From NCBI GenBank assembly GCA_049971295.1, contig JBMFLH010000030.1, forward strand, positions 1 to 22,423: a stretch of 22,423 nt of DNA, given 5' to 3'. The notes beneath the pieces are model-generated. The model was not told the DNA's origin and searched no databases. It worked only from the letters and a program-made list of their open reading frames with translations. Source of the DNA: Candidatus Ratteibacteria bacterium. GTDB taxonomy: Bacteria; Ratteibacteria; UBA8468; B48-G9; DTJG01. Both the position numbers and the translations under genes were made by a program. This document shows positions 17,069 through 22,423 of this stretch, in pieces. Each line of letters starts with the position of its first letter. Position 1 is the first letter of the stretch.

Positions 17069-17617
17069 GTGGATTTTGTACCAAAAAAGGCATTCATGAC
17101 AAAGGGTGTCGGCAGAGACAGAGAGAAACTTACAAGTTTTGAGCGCGCATTAAGAAATGCAGGCATTGCTCAATTCAATCTTGTTTCAATCTCAAGCATT
17201 TTTCCGCCTCACTGCAAACTTATTTCAAAAACAGAAGGACTTTCGTATCTGAAGCCAGGCCAGATTCTGTTTGTTGTTATGAGCAAGAATGCAACAAATG
17301 AACCTCACAGATTAATTACAGCATCAGTTGGTCTGGCTATTCCGAAAGACCCGAATCAGTATGGCTATCTCTCTGAACACGAAAGTTTTGGCGAAACAGA
17401 AGAAAAAGCAGGCGATTATGCTGAAGACCTTGCTGCAACAATGCTTGCAACCATTTTAGGTCTTGAGTTTGACCCGAACTCTTCCTATGACGAAAAGAAA
17501 CAGATCTGGCGTATGTCAAATCAGATTATCAAAACCACCAACATCACCCAGTCAGCAATTGGCGATAAAAATGGACTGTGGACAACAGTCATTGCTGCTG
17601 CGGTCTTTGTATTGTAA
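17069..17617 (+). CDS. pdaD: Pyruvoyl-dependent arginine decarboxylase
   Basis: [25 protein letters not shown] contains the Ser-Ser self-cleavage site (S42-S43). Also YGYLSEH and [13 protein letters not shown] start with an RBS. Adjacent to agmatinase. Confidence 0.93.
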   Translation: MDFVPKKAFMTKGVGRDREKLTSFERALRNAGIAQFNLVSISSIFPPHCKLISKTEGLSYLKPGQILFVVMSKNATNEPHRLITASVGLAIPKDPNQYGYLSEHESFGETEEKAGDYAEDLAATMLATILGLEFDPNSSYDEKKQIWRMSNQIIKTTNITQSAIGDKNGLWTTVIAAAVFVL

Positions 17618-17620
17618 CAA

Positions 17621-18493
17621 ATGGCTGAAACACTACCATACACATTTGGCGGAATAAAAAAATTCCCTTTGAACAGGGCAAAATTTGTCATTTTGCCAGT
17701 TCCCTACGAAGGCACTGTTTCATTCAGGCCAGGGGCCAGATTTGGTCCTGAATCAATCATTTTTTCTTCAAGGTTTATGGAGCTGTACGAAGAAGAAACA
17801 AATTCAGAACCATATCTTGAAGGAATCCTCACGCTTCCTGAAATTGTCCAGGAAATTGATTCTGCCGGCAAAATGATGAGAAAAATTCAAAACACGGCGA
17901 AAAAATTGATAAATAAAAATTGTTTTGCATTCACTCTTGGAGGAGAACACTCAATAAGTTTTCCTCTGGTAAAAGAATATCAAAAAAAATATCCGGACCT
18001 AAAAATACTTCACTTTGATGCGCATGCTGATTTAAGAATTCAATATGAAGGGAGCAAATTCAGTCATGCAAGTGTGATGAGGCGAATATCTGAAATTGGC
18101 TGCGAAATCTACAGTTTTGGCGTTAGAAGTATCAGCAAAGAAGAGGTAGAAGATTTGCAAAAACTTAAAAATGTCCATATTCATTTTGCCCACCAGTTTA
18201 GAAATCGGGCCCTGATTGACCAGGCACAACAACTGCCCCAGGGAAATTACTATATCAGCATTGACATTGACTGCTTTGACCCCTCATTTGTACCGGATAC
18301 AGGCACTCCTGAACCTGGCGGACTTTCGTGGTACGAAGTAACTGAATTTTTGAAAAATTTTATTGAGAGCCATACTGTTGTAGGTGCAGACCTGGTGGAA
18401 CTTGCGCCTTCCCACCATTATTGCGCATCTGCATTTCTCGCTGCCAAACTTGTCTATAAAACCATCGCCTACATAAGCAAAAAAAAGTCGTAA
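17621..18493 (+). CDS. speB: Agmatinase (ureohydrolase family)
   Basis: Motifs GGEHS, DAHAD, SHAS, SIDIDCFDP, GTPEPGG and DLVELAP. Confidence 0.93.
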   Translation: MAETLPYTFGGIKKFPLNRAKFVILPVPYEGTVSFRPGARFGPESIIFSSRFMELYEEETNSEPYLEGILTLPEIVQEIDSAGKMMRKIQNTAKKLINKNCFAFTLGGEHSISFPLVKEYQKKYPDLKILHFDAHADLRIQYEGSKFSHASVMRRISEIGCEIYSFGVRSISKEEVEDLQKLKNVHIHFAHQFRNRALIDQAQQLPQGNYYISIDIDCFDPSFVPDTGTPEPGGLSWYEVTEFLKNFIESHTVVGADLVELAPSHHYCASAFLAAKLVYKTIAYISKKKS

Positions 18494-18494
18494 A

Positions 18495-19214
18495 TTATTT
18501 TTCTACTGGTGGAACCTTTTTACACTCCTGTTTTTTGATAATTCTTGGCGCAGCCCATCTTACACCATTGGCAATGATTTTCAGGATGTTTTTGTCGTAA
18601 TAGATAGGAAACGTTTCATGCCCTGGTGAGAAATAAAACACTCTTCCATATCCCCTTTCCCAGACACAGCCACTTCTGAAAACCTCGCCGCCAGGATACC
18701 AGGAAATAAAAATCACCTTCTCTGGTGTCGGGATATCAAATCTTTCTCCATACATTTCTGTTTCAGGAAGTTCAAAATATGGTGGTATTCCTTCTGCTAT
18801 GGGATGAGATGGCTCAATCGTCCAGATTCTCTCCTTTCCGCCATCTCTCCAGTTCAATACACACGAAGTTCCCATCAGGGCTTTGAAAATTTTAGAAAAA
18901 TGGGCTGAATGAAGGCATATCATGCCCATTCCTTCAAGGACGCGCCTGTGAACGTTTGCCACGATTTCATCCTTTACTTCATGGTGAGCGCCATGTCCCC
19001 ACCATATCAAAACATCTATCTGTTCAAGTACATTTTCAGTTAAGCCGTGTTCCGGTTCATCAAGGCATGCCAGAGATGCATCTATATCTGGTTGAGAATT
19101 TAAATGTTTTGCTATTACTGCATGCATACCGTCGGGATATATTTTTTTAATCTTCTCACTCTGTTTTTCATGCCTGAATTCATTCCAGACCACTACCCTG
19201 ATTTTCTTTTCCAT
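18495..19214 (-). CDS. thuA: ThuA (trehalose utilisation) domain protein
   Basis: Motifs [44 protein letters not shown] and PGHETFP. Confidence 0.93.
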   Translation of the reverse strand: MEKKIRVVVWNEFRHEKQSEKIKKIYPDGMHAVIAKHLNSQPDIDASLACLDEPEHGLTENVLEQIDVLIWWGHGAHHEVKDEIVANVHRRVLEGMGMICLHSAHFSKIFKALMGTSCVLNWRDGGKERIWTIEPSHPIAEGIPPYFELPETEMYGERFDIPTPEKVIFISWYPGGEVFRSGCVWERGYGRVFYFSPGHETFPIYYDKNILKIIANGVRWAAPRIIKKQECKKVPPVEK

Positions 19215-19773
19215 GACTTTCTCCTTTTAAGTAATTAATGATGATGTCTGCTGCTTCATTGAGATTTTTTACGATAAAGTCCGGCCTATAATTCCAGGAC
19301 TCTGTTTCTTCTGCGGATTTTGTTTTTCCTGATAAAACAAGGATTGTTTTCACTCCTATTTTCGAACCAAGTTCAATGTCAATGTCACTATCGCCGACAA
19401 AAAAACTTTTACTCCTTTCAAAGTCGCCATACTCAGAAATAAATTTTTCTATCATTCCTGTCTTTGGCTTCCTGCAATTACAATTGTCTTCTGTCTTGTG
19501 GATACAATAGTAAACTCTGCGGATGTTGATCGAATGTTTTTCTAATTCTGCAAGCATCTTTTCAGTAATATCATTGAGGTCATATTCTGAAAATATCCCT
19601 TTACTGACCCCTGCCTGATTTGAAACAATGATGATGTCAAAGCCGGCGCTTGAAAGTTTTTGAAGTCCTGATATTGCGTCTGGAAGAAATTGAAACTCAC
19701 TCCATGTTTTTAAGTAATCGTTTGGAGTGAAAATTGATATTACACCATCTCGATCAAGAAACACAGGTTTCAT
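19180..19773 (-). CDS. gmhB: D-glycero-D-manno-heptose-1,7-bisphosphate phosphatase-like HAD IIIA hydrolase
   Basis: Motifs [18 protein letters not shown]...CNCRKP and VGDSDID. Overlaps thuA by 35 bp. Confidence 0.85.
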   Translation of the reverse strand: MKPVFLDRDGVISIFTPNDYLKTWSEFQFLPDAISGLQKLSSAGFDIIIVSNQAGVSKGIFSEYDLNDITEKMLAELEKHSINIRRVYYCIHKTEDNCNCRKPKTGMIEKFISEYGDFERSKSFFVGDSDIDIELGSKIGVKTILVLSGKTKSAEETESWNYRPDFIVKNLNEAADIIINYLKGESHGKENQGSGLE

Positions 19774-20807
19774 TTTGAATAAAAAGGACGCGTTTCTTCA
19801 AAACCCATCATAATATTCATATTCTGAACAGCCTGACCTGATGCGCCTTTAACAAGATTATCAATTGCAGTAACAATCACAAGGAAACGGCTGTCTATTT
19901 TTTTAATTCCAATATCGCAAAAATTTGTTCCGGTAATATTTTTGATTTCAGGCGAACAACCGTAATCCATGACCCTCACAAATGGCTCCCCTGAATAAAA
20001 TTCACAGTACATTTTTTGTAATTGCTCTGCGTCAATATCCTGCGTCAGATGCACATACATTGTTGTCAAGATTCCGCAATTAACGGGTATCAAATGAGGA
20101 ACAAATGTAAGTTCCACATTGCAACCAATTTTTTCAAGTATATGCTGAATCTCTGGTTGATGACGGTGTTGACCGATTTTGTAAGCGCGGCTGTTTTCAT
20201 TCCCTTCTGCGAAGAGAAGAGTCACATCAGGTTTTCTTCCGGCGCCTGTGAAACCACTGAGAGAATTTACAATCACCCTGCCACTGACGAGACTTTTTTT
20301 CGCAATCGGAATAAGTCCAAGAAGAGCAGAAGTTGGATAACAGCCAGGATTTGCAATCAGTGTTGCCTTTGCAATCTCTTTTCTGTTGATTTCTGGCAGT
20401 CCATAAACTGCCTGACTCAATAATTCTGGAGACGAATGTTTTTGATACCATTTTTCATAAATGGCTGGGTCAGAAAACCTGTAATCAGCGCTTAAGTCAA
20501 TCACCTTCTTACCAAGTGAAACAATTTTAGGAACAAATGACATACTGACGACATGGGGTAGTGCCAGAAAAACAATATCACAATTCTTTTCAACAAGTTC
20601 CCAATCAACTTTGTTGTAGCAAAAAAGGTCGATTGTTTTTGCGATTCTGGGATACATGCAAGAAAGAGACATTTCCGACTTATCAGGAGCAACAAATCCA
20701 AGAGTAATTTTCACATCAGGATGCAATAGAAGAATTTCAACAAGTTTCCTACCAGCATAACCTGATATACCAAAGATTGCTGCACGCACCATTTTTTTAT
20801 TATTCAT
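19770..20807 (-). CDS. argC: N-acetyl-gamma-glutamyl-phosphate reductase
   Basis: Motifs GISGYAG, FLALPH, DLSADYR, YGLPE, ANPGCYPT, HRHQPEI and IDNLVKGASGQAVQNMN. Start is ATG 20807 (alternative 20792) rather than 20864. Confidence 0.96.
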   Translation of the reverse strand: MNNKKMVRAAIFGISGYAGRKLVEILLLHPDVKITLGFVAPDKSEMSLSCMYPRIAKTIDLFCYNKVDWELVEKNCDIVFLALPHVVSMSFVPKIVSLGKKVIDLSADYRFSDPAIYEKWYQKHSSPELLSQAVYGLPEINRKEIAKATLIANPGCYPTSALLGLIPIAKKSLVSGRVIVNSLSGFTGAGRKPDVTLLFAEGNENSRAYKIGQHRHQPEIQHILEKIGCNVELTFVPHLIPVNCGILTTMYVHLTQDIDAEQLQKMYCEFYSGEPFVRVMDYGCSPEIKNITGTNFCDIGIKKIDSRFLVIVTAIDNLVKGASGQAVQNMNIMMGFEETRPFYSK

Positions 20808-20829
20808 AAAATGCGGGAAATAAACTGGA

Positions 20830-21222
20830 TTAACGTTTCGTCCACTGAAACCGTTTTCTGGCACCCTTCTGACCGTATTTTTTTCTTTCTTTCATCCTCG
20901 GGTCTCTGGTCAGAAGCCCGAATTCCCTCAGTTTTGAAGTGAGATCTGGATTATATTTTACCAGTGCCCGGGCAATACCCAATTTTATTGCGTCAACCTG
21001 GCCTGAAATACCACCGCCAAGGCTTTTCACTTCCACATTGAACCTTCCATCAAGTTCAGTAACCTTTAATGGTTTAACAACATCTGCCTGCTGTGTAACA
21101 AGCGGGAAGTACTGCTCAATAGATTTTCCATTAATCACAATTTTACCGTTCCCTTCAAACATTTTCACGATAGCACGAGCTGTTTTTCTTCTACCCACCG
21201 CAATCAATAGGTTTCCTTCCAT
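20830..21222 (-). CDS. rpsI: 30S ribosomal protein S9
   Basis: Motifs GRRKTARA, GGGISGQ and LLTRDPRMKERKKYGQKGARKRFQWTKR. GGAGG RBS. Confidence 0.98.
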   Translation of the reverse strand: MEGNLLIAVGRRKTARAIVKMFEGNGKIVINGKSIEQYFPLVTQQADVVKPLKVTELDGRFNVEVKSLGGGISGQVDAIKLGIARALVKYNPDLTSKLREFGLLTRDPRMKERKKYGQKGARKRFQWTKR

Positions 21223-21259
21223 TGAATTTTGCCTCCGTCAGAATAATTTTTGACAACTT

Positions 21260-21288
21260 ATTTTATGATATATCAGCCAACAAGTCAA
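21260..21288 (-). promoter_or_regulatory. Sigma70-like promoter for rpsI overlapping the xylB 3' end
   Basis: TTGACT 21288-21283, 17 nt, TAAAAT 21265-21260. The -10 box includes the xylB TAA stop. Confidence 0.65.
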
Positions 21289-22423
21289 ATGACGGCTTTA
21301 ATGCAGTATACAAATTTCTGTAAATCTTGTAAATTCTGTCGTAAAATTTGTGATGCTCTTTATCTGGATTGAACTCATCTTTGATTGTAATAAACATATC
21401 ACACGTTTTTTCAATCGGAGGAAACAGGTTTGTTCCAGAACCAGCAAGAAGGGCTGCGCCATACGCTGGCCCCTCTTCAGAAACAAGTCGCACCATTTTT
21501 TCTCCTATAACATCAGCAAGCAGTTGCGTCCAAAAACTGCTTCTTGCACCTCCGCCAGAAATTCTGCAATGACCTCCAAAAGGAAGCCCAATTTCTTTCA
21601 TAATTTCCACACTGTCCCTGAGTCCAAAACTTACTCCTTCAAGAACAGCTCTTACCATTTCTGCCTTTGTCGTTTTCAGAGAAAGTCCGAAGAATACTCC
21701 TTTTGCATTAGGGTCAGGATAGGGGCATCTTTCTCCTGATAAATATGGAAGAAATATCATGCCATCAGAACCAACAGCAGCTTTTTCAGCCATTTCAGTG
21801 AGAATTTCGTACACATCCCTGTTTTCTTTTTTCGCCTGCTCTATCTCGTATTTTCCCAGCGCATCCCTGAACCACCTGAAAGAACCACCTGCAGAAAGCA
21901 TGACCCCCATCAGATGCCATTTGCCGGGCACAGCATGGCAAAATGTGTGCAATCTGCCGCGTGGGTCGACAAATGGTTTTTCTGAGAATGCAAAGACAAC
22001 TCCGCTTGTTCCCAGTGATATAGAAATCAATTTTTCTTTTGTAATGCCAGTACCGATAGCTCCTGCTGCCTGGTCTCCAGCGCCAGCGACTACTGGAGTA
22101 CCCTGTGGAATTCCTATAAGAGTTTCTATTTCTTTTGTAGTTTTTGAGGTAATTTCAACAGATTCATAACAAACAGGGAACCACTTTCGCGAAAATTCAA
22201 GGACATCAAGAATCTCATTTGACCATGTTCTTTTTTTTACATCAAATAAACTGGTGCCTGATGCATCAGAAACATCTGTAGCAAATTCATCTGTCAGTTT
22301 GAATCTAATATAGTCCTTAGGTAAAAGAATTTTTTTTATTTTTTGAAAAATATCCGGATGATTGTTTTTTAACCAGAGTATCTTTGGAGCCTGAAAACCT
22401 GTTAGAACTGGATTACAGGTAAT
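21263..22423 (-). CDS. xylB: Xylulokinase (FGGY family), 5' end outside the window
   Basis: The frame is open from the window edge: NPVLTGFQAPKILW...LPKDYIRFKLT...DVSDASGT...GAGDQAAGA...SLGTSGVV...FLPYLSGERCP...LEGV...GGGARS...GAALLA. Confidence 0.92.
   Translation of the reverse strand: MTCNPVLTGFQAPKILWLKNNHPDIFQKIKKILLPKDYIRFKLTDEFATDVSDASGTSLFDVKKRTWSNEILDVLEFSRKWFPVCYESVEITSKTTKEIETLIGIPQGTPVVAGAGDQAAGAIGTGITKEKLISISLGTSGVVFAFSEKPFVDPRGRLHTFCHAVPGKWHLMGVMLSAGGSFRWFRDALGKYEIEQAKKENRDVYEILTEMAEKAAVGSDGMIFLPYLSGERCPYPDPNAKGVFFGLSLKTTKAEMVRAVLEGVSFGLRDSVEIMKEIGLPFGGHCRISGGGARSSFWTQLLADVIGEKMVRLVSEEGPAYGAALLAGSGTNLFPPIEKTCDMFITIKDEFNPDKEHHKFYDRIYKIYRNLYTALKPSFDLLADIS

Noticed and set aside
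20808..20864. Long N-terminal ORF extensions of argC (and likewise xerC 7519-7563 and the 1151 start)
   Set aside because: They overlap upstream genes and show no family similarity. Downstream ATGs fit better.
21250..21255. Plus-strand TTGACA as an antisense promoter into xylB
   Set aside because: There is no plausible -10 box at 16-18 nt spacing.
1..22423. CRISPR arrays, tRNA/rRNA, riboswitches, IS ends, tandem repeats, phase-variable tracts
   Set aside because: None seen by eye. The largest intergenic gap is about 127 bp and is accounted for by promoters. A/T runs of 8-9 nt are expected at this composition and leave frames intact.

Overview
A densely packed, AT-rich chromosomal region from a Gram-negative bacterium, indicated by lpxI, waaA and gmhB. 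The gene mix suggests an uncultured Omnitrophota/Ratteibacteria-like PVC lineage, which is inference only. There are 26 coding units, mostly on the minus strand. Housekeeping genes: xerC-like recombinase, hisB, waaA, lpxI, queE, queC, pdaD-speB, gmhB, argC, rpsI and a partial xylB. Carbohydrate-type genes: BNR/sialidase-like protein, TIM-barrel isomerase, glyoxylate reductase-like enzyme, ThuA, URO-D family protein and a GH20-like secreted protein. The rest are a membrane GGDEF protein, two small lipoproteins, an intact FAD oxidoreductase and a decayed FAD oxidoreductase pseudogene. I saw no RNA genes, CRISPR arrays, IS elements or prophage, and no clear-cut new multi-gene system. The best leads are rpsI detached from rplM with its own near-consensus promoter, an apparently leaderless DGC-hisB-xerC transcript, an FAD oxidoreductase between lpxI and waaA, a GH20-like barrel interrupted by a CBM-like insert, and a lipoprotein carrying a GspG-like segment. 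All protein calls come from recognising motifs by eye; no searches were run.
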